Source: Octopus vulgaris
Taxonomy: Eukaryota
DNA length: 64,000 nt
Assembly (NCBI GenBank): GCA_951406725.2
Contig: OX597814.1
Coordinates: 65,596,001-65,660,000, forward strand
Direction: 5' to 3'
The position numbers were made by a program, and so were the translations under genes. The notes beneath the pieces are model-generated. The model worked only from the letters and a program-made list of their open reading frames with translations. It did not search any database and was not told the DNA's origin. Shown here one piece after another: positions 1 to 11,996 of the stretch. How positions within the stretch are numbered: the stretch's first letter is position 1; each line of letters starts with the position of its first letter.

Positions 1-303
1 ATTCTTTGGGGTTTGAATAGTTCACCTCTGGAAACATGGGTGGTTCTTTCAACATCCTTAAACAACCCTTATTCAGGGACCGTTTGAGCGGGATGGGCTA
101 CTCAACCTGAAGAAAATTCTAACTGGGCTCCACCTGCAAGGTCATGTGCTGTTTATCTTGATATGAGATCACCATGTCGCGCACATATGGTTGTGATGCA
201 TGTGCCTGGTGTACCTTTATCAGACGGGTAGTCATGATGGTATATTGGGCTTCGTATATTTTACCCCAGTGTCACTTTGATGGCATGAACTGCTCTCTCA
301 CTC
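1..303 (+). mobile_element. 3' part of the ~556-bp (TAA)n-associated interspersed repeat (cut by the window edge)
   Basis: Near-identical to 14749-15052 and to the reverse complement of part of 60340-60897. Ends in ...ctctctcactc followed by (AAT)n. Confidence 0.85.
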
Positions 304-639
304 AATAATAATAATAGTAATAACTTCTTAGCAACAGGTGTGTAGATGAGAGGAATATCACAAGAACAATCTCCAATCTGTTTGAGGTTTTACATGAAGG
401 GTGAGGTGAAGGAAATGGAAAAGATGGTGAGATGAGATTGACGCACCATTAATGTTATCACAAACTAACTGATTGTATGAATGATGCAGTTCTCACAATA
501 CAGGGGAAATTCCAACTAGGCAAATCAAGGAATCCTACAAATGCAGGAAAAGCCTTACAACCAAAGGCATCAGTCTTTGCCCAAAAGTTGTTCTCTAATC
601 TACAGGCGTATCGCTATGTGTGGCGTATCCACTGTGCGT

Positions 640-1185
640 GTCTTTACTTAAGTAGCTGTGGCCTCCCAAGTTCCTTCTAGGAGACGAATGAATACATTGC
701 ATTATAGTTTGAAATCCATTCCTTCAATGTTGGTATTTTTCAAAAGTTGTTTCAACTGGCTAGGATATTCTTGTAGATTTGGCAAGAAAACCTTATCATT
801 ATGGCAACAATTAAGTGTTTCCTGCGGAAATCTATGTTAATGACATTGCGGGAATACTACGTTCTCTCACCAATCGTAAATTGAGAATTTTGTTGTTCTT
901 TTATTATATTCCGTCTTCTTATTTGAGCTCTGTCTGCCATAAGATAATTCTGTATTTCAGCTTCGTCCATATTTTTCCTTCTGTCTTGAACTCTGTTTCT
1001 CATATCTTGAAGGTAATTCTGCCTTTCATCTTCGTCCATATGTTGCCTTTTTTGTTAAACTCTGTTTCTCTTATTGTCTAAGTACAGCTGCTTTGCTCTT
1101 GACTCATGTGTTCTCGATTCTGTAGGTCTCTATCTTATTTTGAAAATACATTTCTCTTTGGTCCTGGCTCATTTGTTCTATCCAT
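640..1185 (-). pseudogene. Helitron Rep/Hel N-terminal region, degenerate
   Basis: Minus-strand translation gives charged ~24-aa repeats (MDEDERQNYLQDMRNRVQDRRKN/MDEAEIQNYL...), then QCH*HRFPQETLNCCHNDKVFLPNLQEYPSQLKQLL, and after a frameshift ISNYNAMYSFVS. This matches the CC..GKV.LP.L..P..L..LL...IR.YN..FAFTS pattern of Helitron proteins. Stops and frameshifts are present. Confidence 0.7.
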
Positions 1186-1448
1186 TGCTAATTTATTTCC
1201 GTTCTACCCCATAGGATACGCTCCCTTTCCTCTTCACTTATTTCGTTTCTTATGTGTCTCATCCTCGCGCGATGTTTATTCGTTATTTCTTCCTGCTTGT
1301 CCTCGCACAATCGGTCTCTCCTTCTACGCTGATGTTCACGTTCTGCGTCTCTATGCGACAGTGTTTATTTCCACCACGCGACACTTATTATCGCAAACAT
1401 GTTCTAACTAACCCAAACTATATACACGAACATATATATATATATATA

Positions 1449-1717
1449 TCACGTGATCACGTGACCAACCAGGCCATCAGATGTTGTTACACATCGCTGG
1501 TGACTCAAACGCTGGTCTAGCCTTCGAATGATGTCACTCCGCTGCTTAAGCGAGCAGGCCAAAGAGTGGTGAAAGAGTACAGCAGGGATCACCACCCCCT
1601 GCCCGTGGACCTTTAGGGTGTTTTAGCTCAATAAACACTCACAACGCCTGGTCTGGAATCGAAACCGCGATCCTACGACCGCGAGTCTGCTGCCCTAACC
1701 ACTGGGCCATTGCGCCT

Positions 1718-1719
<2 letters not shown>
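1449..1719 (-). mobile_element. tRNA-derived SINE (resembles the octopus OK family)
   Basis: Minus-strand head GGAGGCGCAATGGCCCAGTGGTTAGGGCAGC...GGTTTCGATTCC with A and B boxes. A second copy of the head is at 13558-13727. Confidence 0.8.
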
Positions 1720-1784
<65 letters not shown>

Positions 1785-1801
<17 letters not shown>

Positions 1802-3721
1802 CTGAAATGCGTTTTTACCGCTTGGATCGCTTTCAATGCCACTACGACCCGTCCGATTCGCTCCAAAATTTACAGGGACATGTAGAATGAGGTGACGATG
1901 CGCGTGGGCTACCTTAGAAATCCCTATCTTAAAAGGTGTGGTTGTTAGGGGCCATCTTCTTCACTCACACTATTTCCTTCTTTCCCTCTCTTACTCCCCT
2001 TCATTTATAACGTTGACAATGTCCACTCCCGTTATTTAATGTATTTCCCTCAACTCCCTTTCACTTTGCTTTTATAAGGTCGTCAGGCGGCTTTCTTTGA
2101 TGTATCTGTTTGCATTCATAGGGAGAATTATCATCGCCACAATTTATGTATATGTCTTCCTCACTCACTCACTCTTTTTCCTAATTATAATTATCATCGC
2201 CACCACCACCACCACCAACACACAATACTCACTCTATTTCATACAAACGGCCTTCTTTTATGTATCTGTCTGTGTGAAAGAGAGAGATAACTGAAATTTT
2301 TTACTCGGTTTTTGTAGTGCGTGCGTGTGTATGCATGTATGTGTATATGTATGTATGCATGTATGTGTGTGTGTGTATGTATCTATGTATGTGTGTGTGT
2401 GTGTGTATGTGTATGTGTGTATGTGTGTGTATGTATGTGTGAGTGTGCATGTATGTATGTACCTTTGTCTGTTTATGTAACGGTCTGCTATGTAGAAATG
2501 AGGTTGACTCAATGGAAATGCATACATACACACACACATACACATACATACACACACACATACATAGATGCAGACCTATGTTAAAAGTGCTGGCAAGTTT
2601 GCATGACAACTATTTTTTTTCCTCAAATGAAAGGCGTGACCTCTAGGACAAAATTCCTCATCTTATAAGATGTGGCCCGAGTACACCCGAATGAAATCAC
2701 GTTATATTAACCAAAATGTGAAAAGGGGTATAAATGGGGCTGGAAGGGGATTAAAATTTAAAGGAGCGGGTGTTTAGGAATTCTCTGTTACATCAAGCTA
2801 AAAAATTTGCGCCAGCCTTTTAATCGTCAATGTGTTACCGTCCATGATGAAGAAGTTTTGAATGCTTGCCATGGTGAGTCTACTGTTGTGAAAAAGAATC
2901 ACTTCAAAACTTGGTGTTTAGGGATTTTCTTTTACATCAAGTTCAAAATTTTACGCCAGCCGTTAAACTGTCAAAACGTTGCTGTCCGTCGTTAAGAAAT
3001 GCCAGCCATGCTGACTCTACTACCCTCAGATTCTATCCCTTCAAACTTTGGTTTCCAATATTTTATTATTTTTATTCAGCTCGCAAGTTCGTCTGTCCCT
3101 TTTAAATGTTAGTGTTTTGCTGTCGGCCTTGAAGCAGACCTTTCCGTTGTTACTGCCTGATATTTATGATTGATCTTTCTAAATATTTTATTTCTCAACT
3201 TACTCAAGATCTTTTGTTGTTTATAAATGGGAGAGAGATAGATAAAGATAGAGAGTAAGAGAAAGCGAGGGAGAGTCCGAGAGAAAGGAAGAGTAAGAGA
3301 GTGGGGAAAGTGAGAGAGAAAGGAGAGAGAAACAAAGAGGGAGAATCATCATCATCATCATCGTTTAACGTCCGTTTTCCGTGCTAGCACAGGTTGGACA
3401 GTTTGACCAGGGTCTGGGAAGCCAGGAGGCTGCACCAGGCTCCAGTCTGATCTGGCAGTGTTTCTACAGGTGGATGCCTTTCCTAACACCAACCACTCTG
3501 TGAGCGTAGTGGGTGCATTTTTCGTGCCGCCGGCACAGGTGCCAGGGTGGCTGGCAATGGCCACGATCGGTTGGTGCTTTTTACGTGTCACTGGCACAGA
3601 AGCCAGTCAAGGCGGCGCTGCAATCCGCCACGTTCGGATGGTACTTTTACGTGCTGAAAGGAAGCAACAGAAAGTAACAACCACACTCTTACCCGCGCGT
3701 AGAGCGGGTCACCTTCAGCTA

Positions 3722-3722
<1 letters not shown>
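1785..3722 (+). mobile_element. Non-autonomous Helitron-like element with a nested retroposon fragment
   Basis: Starts TATATAAAGCTGAAATG.... Ends with hairpin ACCCGC-GCGTAGA-GCGGGT (3691-3709) and then CTAG|T (3719-3722), the canonical Helitron 3' end. The 5' boundary is hidden in (TA)n. Confidence 0.6.
3345..3655 (-). mobile_element. 3' end of a LINE/SINE with a (GAT)n tail and GC-rich GTGCCGGTGGCAC subrepeats
   Basis: The minus strand ends ...GGACGTTAAACGATGATGATG. It shares subrepeats with 16512-16770. Confidence 0.65.
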
Positions 3723-3786
<64 letters not shown>

Positions 3787-4238
3787 TGTGTCTGTGTGTG
3801 TGTGTGTGTGTATGTCTGTGGGTTTCCTTTAATTTTTGTTACTTATACACATCAACATATGAACCAAAAATATAGAAAGGAAGAGACAACGTTGTATACC
3901 GAAACCAAAAGATGTTTTTTTTTAGCTGAGGTGTAATTTTATAATGAAAACAAATTCAAAATTTAAATTTTGGAGCAAAACACATACGACACGTTATCTG
4001 GTGTGTGGCTGCAGTTGAAATGGGTTAAAACAAATGTGTGTGTGTGTGGATGGGCCTTTAATAGCAGTTTAAGTCCAGTCGCAGAAAGACATTCAAAACG
4101 GCAACACGCACAGTCATATACATACAAACGTACACATACATGCACACACATACACAAACTCATACCTACAGAGAGAGGCAGTCAGACAGACAGTAAGTGT
4201 CCGATAGCCCAGAACGAAGTTTTCACCACTCACTCTCA

Positions 4239-4287
<49 letters not shown>

Positions 4288-4782
4288 CCTACCTGCTGCT
4301 TTTCCACCGTCCGGAATTGTTTTAGTTGTGTCTTCAAGCTCTTTCTCTCCCACTCTCTCTCCTAGAATTATCTTGCTATTAATACAATAAATATCCAAAA
4401 TGATTCAGTGTTTCAATTGAAAAACGCATACGAATGTTTTAGGGAGTTTTTGTTTAGGATATGGTATCCAATATTTGCTGTGGTTGAAAACACAAAACAA
4501 ACACTACCTACGTTTGAGTCACCACTCACTCCTTTCTCTCACTCTTTCTCTCCCTCTCTCTCTTATTCTCTCTCTCACTCCCTCTCTGTCCCTTCTATGT
4601 CAGAAGTTAATGATGAAAAAATAAAGGATAATCAGGTGTACAAATGTACAAATTGAAATGCAAAAGAACGAAATAATAAATGGACTTATGAATGAAAGTT
4701 TGGTAATTGCGTTTATTTCCAACACGCGACTCTTATCGTTGCAAACACGTTTTAAATAATCTAAACTATACACACATAAACA

Positions 4783-4816
<34 letters not shown>

Positions 4817-5424
4817 TCGAGTTGTAGCTGTAATTCAAAAGGGCCTGAGAACTATGCATGTCTGTGGAGTTAGTTTTATCCCTATGTGGTAATGAAAAGT
4901 GAAAGTAACATGCAATATTTGCTTTGTCTATGTATCTATGTATGCACTTTTCTTTGGATTTATGTATCTATTGTCTCTCTCACTTTCTCTCTTTCTCTTT
5001 CTCTTCCATTGTGTCATTCTTCTTTCCCGCTTTTGACTTAACAATGTGTATATGTATCCGTGTATCTACTTTTCTTGCGATGTGATAAATATTTAAAAAC
5101 ACAAAACGAACGCCGTCACCAACCACTGTCTCTTTCTCTCTCTCTCTCTCTTTCTCACTTACTCACTCTCTCTTTCTCTCTTACTTCCTCTCTCTCCCCC
5201 CTCTCTCTCCCTCTCGTTTTCCCATTTCTTTGAAGTGTGACACATACATGTACGTAAAAAAAAATATTTAGTGTAATTAATATCATAGATAATAATAATA
5301 ATACAAAGAAGAAGAACAACAACAACCACAAAAACAAAAAAAAAACAACAGCAGTAACAACAACAACAATAACAACAGCAATAACAACTACAATATAAAA
5401 TGGAAAAGAAAAAGAATTCGTTCA

Positions 5425-6031
5425 AATTTTGGCACGAGATCAGAAATTGTAGGGAAAAGGTTAAGTCGGCTGCATCGACTCAAACTCACGTATTTTTTAT
5501 ATCCTGAAATGGTAAGAGACAAAGCTGTTTTGGCGGAATCTGAACTTTAGGTAAAGAACCAGAACAAATATCGCTAAACACTTCTGGAGTTAGGCTGACA
5601 ATTCTTTCAGCTCGGCGCCTTGATAATAACAATTCTGCAAGAGCCATAAGGCCTGAAATTCTAGTGGGATTTGAAGTTGATCGCGTCGGTCCCGGTAATA
5701 GATTGGTACATATTTCATAGGCTCTAAAAGTGTAGAAGGCAAAATCGGTGTGGGAAAAATTGGAACTCAAAAGGTAAAGATGGACGGAATGCCGCTAACT
5801 GTTTTGTCCAGCTTGTTAATATTTCTACCAGCTCGCCGCTTTAAAAATAACAATGGGCATTTTTACTAGAGGCAGATGGCTTGTAATTTAGGGAAGAGTA
5901 ATAGTCAACTGGTACCTATTTCATTGACCCCGAAATGAAGGGAAGATTCAACCTTGGTGGCACATAAATTCAGAACCTAAAGCCGGAATAAATGCTGCTA
6001 AGCATTTTGCTTGGCATGGTAACAATTCTGA
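5425..6031 (-). mobile_element. Cluster of three decayed tRNA-SINE copies (Nin-domain-like family)
   Basis: Three blocks resemble 10810-10980 (ggtacttaatttatcgaccccgaaaggatgaaaggcaaagtcgacctcggcggaattt). Confidence 0.6.
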
Positions 6032-6901
6032 CAATTTAAGAATCTGTGTGGTTTGAAACACTATCTCCAATTGTGATCCAATTGTTTTCAAATTTGTTAT
6101 ATAGATTAAGTTTTGTATACTAATTATGAAAATAAAAATCATTTTCCCTATAGATCTCTAATTAAAAAGTTATTAGCCTCTGGATTTTCAAAATTTGGGT
6201 ATTTTGGCCAATAGAAGTGGGCAAAGAACTCTGTTTCCATAGTAACCAAGGAGTGTAACCATCATGTGTTCCATAACCTTTTGCAAACAACTCTGCTTCC
6301 ATAGTAACCAAAAGATGCTGCGCATGCGCATAGGGAGTGTAACCACCACGTGTTCCATTATTGTTTGTTTTCATAGCAGTTGGAATTCGATTCCAGAATG
6401 CTATAGAGGTTTTAGAGCAGTGAGGTGATGGCCACACTTTTAAACCCTTCCCGTTTGATGGAAAAAGTGAAGACGGAAGAGGATGCAGCTTATTTCTTGA
6501 TACCAGAAAAGAAGATTTGTAAGAAAGGACACCCCATAAAGAAAAAACAATTCGTGGGAATCTGTACTGGCGTTGCCAACGGAGAGGCTGCAATGTGTCG
6601 GTGCTTCTCCGAAAAGATACATGGTTGGAAGGTGGCTTCCTTTCTCTAAAAACAATGCTTCTTTTTTTAATACGCCTGAGTCAAGAAAATGACCTCAGTC
6701 TGTTTCTGTACGCAAGAACTGGGTATGAATCCGAGCACAGTGGCTCATTACAACAATTATGTTCGTGAGTTGTGTGGGGAGGAACCACCTCTGAACTGGG
6801 TTGCGGAGCAGTTCCTCCCCACGCAACTCATGAACATAATTGTAATGAGCAACTGTGCTCGGATTCATACCCAGTTCTTGCGTACAGAAACATACTGAGG
6901 T

Positions 6902-7290
6902 ATGACCTTGCAGGTGGAGCCCAGTTAGAATTTTCTTCTGGTCGAGTAACTCATCCCGCTGAAAAGGTCCCTGAATAAGGATTGTTTAAGGATATTGAAT
7001 GAACTACCCATGTTTCCAAAGGTGAATTATCCAAACCTCCAAGAATTCCTTTCAACACACGGTTATGATACTCCCCCACTACTTCTGCTCATGATCAGAG
7101 ATGCACATATCATCAGCCACTAAGGGATATGCTCAAACGGTTAAGGTCAAACAACTGACAAGCAAATCTGTGGTATTGAGCAGAATATTTACTGCAGCCC
7201 AACTTTTACACCAAGACAAACCAATGTACATGATAACACTTCCAATCAGTTAAGATCAGATGCCATGAGAGCCACTGTCTGGTACTGCAT
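6902..7290 (-). mobile_element. Truncated, diverged copy of the 556-bp (TAA)n-associated repeat
   Basis: Reverse-complement match to 14505-14893. Abuts (TTA)n. Confidence 0.8.
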
Positions 7291-7360
7291 TATTATTATT
7301 ATTATTGTTATTGTTATTGTTGTTGCTGTTGTTGTTATTGTTGTTGTTGTTGTTGTTATT

Positions 7361-7482
7361 ATTCCGGTCACTGCTGGAATCGAACTCGGAATCTTGGGGT
7401 TAGTAGGCCGCGGGCAGATGGCGTAGTGGTTAAGAGCGAGGGCTACTAACCCCAAGATTCCGAGATCGATTCCAGGCTGTGA

Positions 7483-7551
<69 letters not shown>

Positions 7552-7705
7552 CTCCCATAAATACCTTAGGAATGAGAACCCAGGTTCGAAATTTCCCCAA
7601 GACACCTGATGAAGGCTGGAAGGTATATCAGCCGTAACGTTGTGTTAACAACAAACAAGATGAGGTCAAATATCCATCAAATATAAATTATGTAAATAAT
7701 GTAAT
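7361..7705 (+). mobile_element. tRNA-headed short retroposon containing a hammerhead motif, with an inverted partial 5' copy
   Basis: tRNA-like head at 7412-7489 (A box TGGCGTAGTGG, B-box-like GATCGATTCC). Its inverted partial copy lies at 7361-7411. These are followed by (AAT)n and the hammerhead motif at 7601-7646. Confidence 0.7.
7601..7646 (+). ncRNA. Minimal type I hammerhead ribozyme motif (this copy has GAAA>GTAA)
   Basis: GACAC (stem I) - CTGATGA - A - GGCTG...CAGCC (stem II) - GTAA - CG - TT - GTGTT (stem I'). Confidence 0.7.
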
Positions 7706-8185
7706 AAATGTATGTTTTAAGCAATGTTTTGACTGTTATTTCTTGCAACTGCAGTTGGTTCGCGTATGTTTTAATGTTTTTCACTGTTTACTTTGCTCGC
7801 GTATATTTTAATGTTTTGACTGTTATTTCTAGCAACTCCAGTTGGTTTGCTCGTAGCTTTGTAATAATTTGCGCGCGAATGATTTGAGGATTTTTCACTG
7901 TTATTTCTATAGTTTTGACATGCCGGCGCCCGCCCACTTCTCGCTACTCTGACAGATGATCGAAGAGGCAGTGAATGCGCTGTTTTCTGATTTGCCTAAA
8001 ATTCTGAAAATTATTAAACTTTAAACAAACACCTTTAACATTTTCGCAAATTTTTTCTGGAATAAATGAATAACAAATTTGGATTCAGTGTCACAAATAA
8101 CATCTATATGGTACATTAAGAAAATTTTCTAAATATTTCGAGAAAAAAGTGACTCAAACCACAAAGTTCCGAATTTAATAATAAC

Positions 8186-8237
<52 letters not shown>

Positions 8238-8244
8238 GTAGTAG

Positions 8245-8465
8245 TAGTTTCAAATTTTGGCACAACGCCATCAATTCCAGGAGGAGGGAATAAGTCGATT
8301 ACATTGCCCACAGAGCTCAACTGGCAGAAATTAGTACCATTGATCCAGAAATGACGAAAGGCAAATTCGACCTCGGTGGTAGTTGAATTCAGAAACTAAA
8401 GCCGAAAGAAATGCTGCTAAGCATTCTGTCCGGCATGGTAACAATTATGTCAACTCAACGCTTTA
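8245..8465 (-). mobile_element. Nin-domain-like tRNA SINE, decayed
   Basis: Similar to 10810-10980 (gaaaggcaaattcgacctcgg...gaattcagaa...atgctgctaagcatt). Confidence 0.6.
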
Positions 8466-8753
8466 ACAACAACAACAATAATGATAAAGATAACAAATAC
8501 AATAATAGCAACAAAACCAACCACAAAAATTGAGGCAGGAAATTTAAAAGAAAATGAATATAAACAATAACATGGAAGACGATCACGATATCTATGAATG
8601 ATGACAGCGGTGCTGACCTCCAAAGAAAACTAGATTCTAGAAAACAGCAACAGCGACAGCAAATACAATGACAGCAACACCGTAAACAGCAGCAGCACTG
8701 GCAACATTTGAAGTGACTGGAGCAACAACAACAATGAACATACGTTTTCTCAC

Positions 8754-8965
8754 CTGGAGTACCCTCTTGTTGAGCCCGGTCTTTTGGGCCAGCTGCTTCA
8801 AGTCTTTTGTGTCTGGATTGTGATTCAGGGCGAAGTAGGATTTGAGCGTGCGCAGCTGGTGATGTTTGAACGACGTGCGCATGCGTTTCTGCCGAGGCGT
8901 CGAGTACGCATCTCTCTCGAGATCATTGGTCGAGCGATCGAGACCTTCGGCCGTTGTCATGCCAC
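8754..8965 (-). CDS. Lhx2/9 (apterous): LIM-homeobox apterous/Lhx2/9 family: homeodomain exon
   Basis: Encodes [70 protein letters not shown], the diagnostic Lhx2/9/ap homeodomain. Acceptor is a pyrimidine tract ...GCAG|GT at 8966/8965 (phase 1). Donor is CAG|GTGAGA at 8754/8753 (phase 0), at the conserved Q^VWFQN intron position. Confidence 0.95.
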
Positions 8966-9063
8966 CTGCTTGCAGTAAATTTGAAGAGGGAGGAGAGAAG
9001 AGAACACAAATGATTGAATTGAATACATGCAGTGACACATGGATACACATACACACGCACACA

Positions 9064-9133
<70 letters not shown>

Positions 9134-9384
9134 CATATATTATGAATGTGTATGTAGACATATATGTATGTGTGTATATCTTTATATATATATATAAACA
9201 TTTATATACATACACACACATACATATATATATGTATATATATATAGAGAGAGAGAGACGGAGGGAGAGGGAGAGAGAGAGGAGGGTACATATAAACATA
9301 TACATATATATGCGTATGTGTGAAGGTATATACTTATGAATGCATGTGTGTGTATGTATCTATGTTTTTATGTATGTATGTATG

Positions 9385-9416
<32 letters not shown>

Positions 9417-10414
9417 TGTATGTATGAATGTATGAAGTGAGGAGAAGGCAAATATGTATAGATATATGGATAACCAGAGAGACTGAGGGTTAGAGACAGA
9501 TAGAGAGAGTGAGGGAGAGAAAGAGAGAAAGAAAGAAAGATATGAATGAAGGAAGGAAGGAGGGAAGGAAGGAAGGAAGGAAGGAAGGAAGGAAGGAAGG
9601 AAGACAGGAAGGAAGGAAGGGATATGAGGCACAGACAAAACGAGAGACGGGTATATATATATGGCGTATACATTTACACTCTAATAATGGCTGAAATGAA
9701 TCACTGATATTGCCTGGTTTTTTAAAACTATATAAACTTATTAACCCACTTGTACTCTGAAAAATGACAGCAAATACATTTATCCTGTATGATAGTTATG
9801 AAAACTTTAAGATGATAAATTTAAGAATAGAATACATTGTATATTTTTAGAAAGAGATATTTACGCATGTACGAAATTTGCAGTAATGTAACTTGTTAAT
9901 AAAAATATGAAATATTTCATTTGAATTATACATTCGATCCTATACATTGAATTTAGTAAATTGCTCAAGAGATAGACATCACGAATTAAACAAACACAAA
10001 AATGCTTCATTGCTCACCAGAAACAGCTGATCCAAAGTCAAAGATTTCTGAAGTTCAATAACGCCACAATCAGACTGAAGAATAAGCAGCTTTATGAAGA
10101 GCTTGTATGAAGAAGCGGATGTCAGGAATGAGCTTCATTATTGACCTTTTTTTCCTTGCATCGACAATATACACTCACATACATGCATATTGGCTTACAC
10201 ACATACAGAGGCTCACACATACATACACACACGAAGGGATTAATTTGAAGCTATTCCCTTCGAGTGACAATAAATATATTGATAAACAACGTCATTTATT
10301 ATGTGATTATAATGTTAGACATATAGATAGATACATGGACAGACAAACTGACGCGCAGACATACAGACTGACGTACTTGGATAAACAAACTGTCAGACAG
10401 ACAGTTAGTTAGAC

Positions 10415-10540
<126 letters not shown>

Positions 10541-10622
10541 TTAATTTTTGTGGTTACTAGAGAAAATTAGAAATATAATCAAAGCACCATGGAAACTTGC
10601 AAAATAACAGATTTGCAGAATG

Positions 10623-10993
10623 CTATAAATATTCTTTTCTACTCTAGGCACAAAGCCCGAAATTTTGGGGGAGGGGGGAGGCCAGTTCTTTAGATCGACC
10701 TTATTTCGCAACTAGTACTTAATATATCAACCTCTAAAGGATGAAATGCAAAGTCGACCTCGGCGGAATTTGAACTCAGAACGTAGAAGCAGACGAAAGA
10801 AGGCTATAAATATTCTTTTCTACTCTAGGCACAAGGCACGAAATGTTTTTCGTTGGAGAGGCATTTGATTAGATCGACCCCAGTACGCAAGTGGTACTTA
10901 ATTTATCGACCCCGAAAGGATGAAAGGCAAAGTCGACCTCGGCGGAATTTTAACCCAGAACATAAAGAAAAACGAAAGAAGGCTATAAATATT
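10623..10993 (-). mobile_element. Tandem dimer of a 5'-truncated Nin-domain-like SINE (~180-bp unit)
   Basis: Two ~180-bp units bounded by three copies of CTATAAATATT (10623, 10804, 10983). The minus strand has GTCGACTTTGCCTTTCATCCTTTCGGGGTCGATAAATTAAGTACC. Confidence 0.75.
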
Positions 10994-11722
10994 GAATAAA
11001 CTATGCTTTTGATGTTCGTCAGTGTATCTACATACGGATTTGTTTCTAATTTTTATGTTTATATATATTTTGTATATGTGTATATACGCTCCATAATACA
11101 CATGGTTTAGTAATTCAACGGCAAAAGCATTTACACTGAATATGAAAACTTAATCCCAAAATGTTCGCGTCGTTCTGTTTTTTTTTTAAAGATTCCTTAA
11201 TTAAGTAATAACTTTTAAGAAATTCTTTCTTCAAATATGTTTGTTTGTATGTGTGTATATGAGATATATTTTATAATGTTTTAGCTCCAGTCAGCCAGCT
11301 AGCTGTGACTACAATTATTACAGATAGTGTACCCGGTACCATATTATTTAATGAATTATTCTCGTCGTTGATTTGGCTAGTTGCATTACAACTGGTTGGG
11401 ATGACTACATATAGCTTCAAAAGCTGGTCCATTAAGGTAGATAGATGGACAAACTGATGTGAAGTATCTGTGGTGAGAGCAATTTCGGGCAAGAAAAATA
11501 ATGCAAAATGAAACTTTTAGGGACAAGAGTGAGACGTAGGACTGTATATGTGTGCATACACCTCTATGTATATATAGGTGCCTATGACTGTGTATTTTTG
11601 TTTTTGTGTGTGTATAAGTATGTGTGTGACTGTGTTTTGTGTGTTGTGTATGCATGTGTGTGTGACTGTGTTTTGTGTGTTGTGTATATATGTGTGTGTG
11701 ACTGTGTTTTCTGTGTTGTGTA

Positions 11723-11804
<82 letters not shown>

Positions 11805-11942
11805 AGAGAGAAGGAACTATTTTATTTCCCTACGACAGTACAAATGAGACAGAAGTTAGTGTCTGCATCTATATCAAAGTCAGAGAGTGTTCGTGAGAGT
11901 GGAGGAGTGTCAATAAGTGCGTGCGTGTATGTGTGAGCGTGC

Positions 11943-11996
<54 letters not shown>

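Larger units (their letters stand above)
6040..8170 (+). mobile_element. Merlin (IS1016/IS1595-like) DNA transposon, defective, with nested insertions
   Basis: Imperfect TIRs GAATCTGTGTGGTTTGAAACACT versus GGAACTTTGTGGTTTGAGTCACT (18/23). 8-bp TSD CAATTTAA (6032-6039) / GAATTTAA (8171-8178). The frameshifted ORF ~6428-6780 reads WRCQRRGCNVSVLLRKDTWLEG...FCTQELGMNPSTVAHYNNYVRELC, like a Merlin transposase N-terminus. Confidence 0.7.

Noticed and set aside
7412-7489. Functional tRNA gene (likewise the heads at 1650-1719, 13655-13727, 16135-16207, 43719-43790)
   Set aside because: The acceptor stems do not pair properly and each head continues into a repeat body. They are SINE heads.
1-8753. 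Final homeodomain exon (VWFQNARAK...)
   Set aside because: I could not find it on the minus strand by eye. It probably lies beyond the left edge of the window.
8966-9305. N-terminal part of the 222-aa ORF 8637-9305 (and its tail, 8637-8753)
   Set aside because: Read-through into intronic (TA)n/(CT)n sequence. Only 8754-8965 is bounded by splice sites and is homologous to Lhx2/9.
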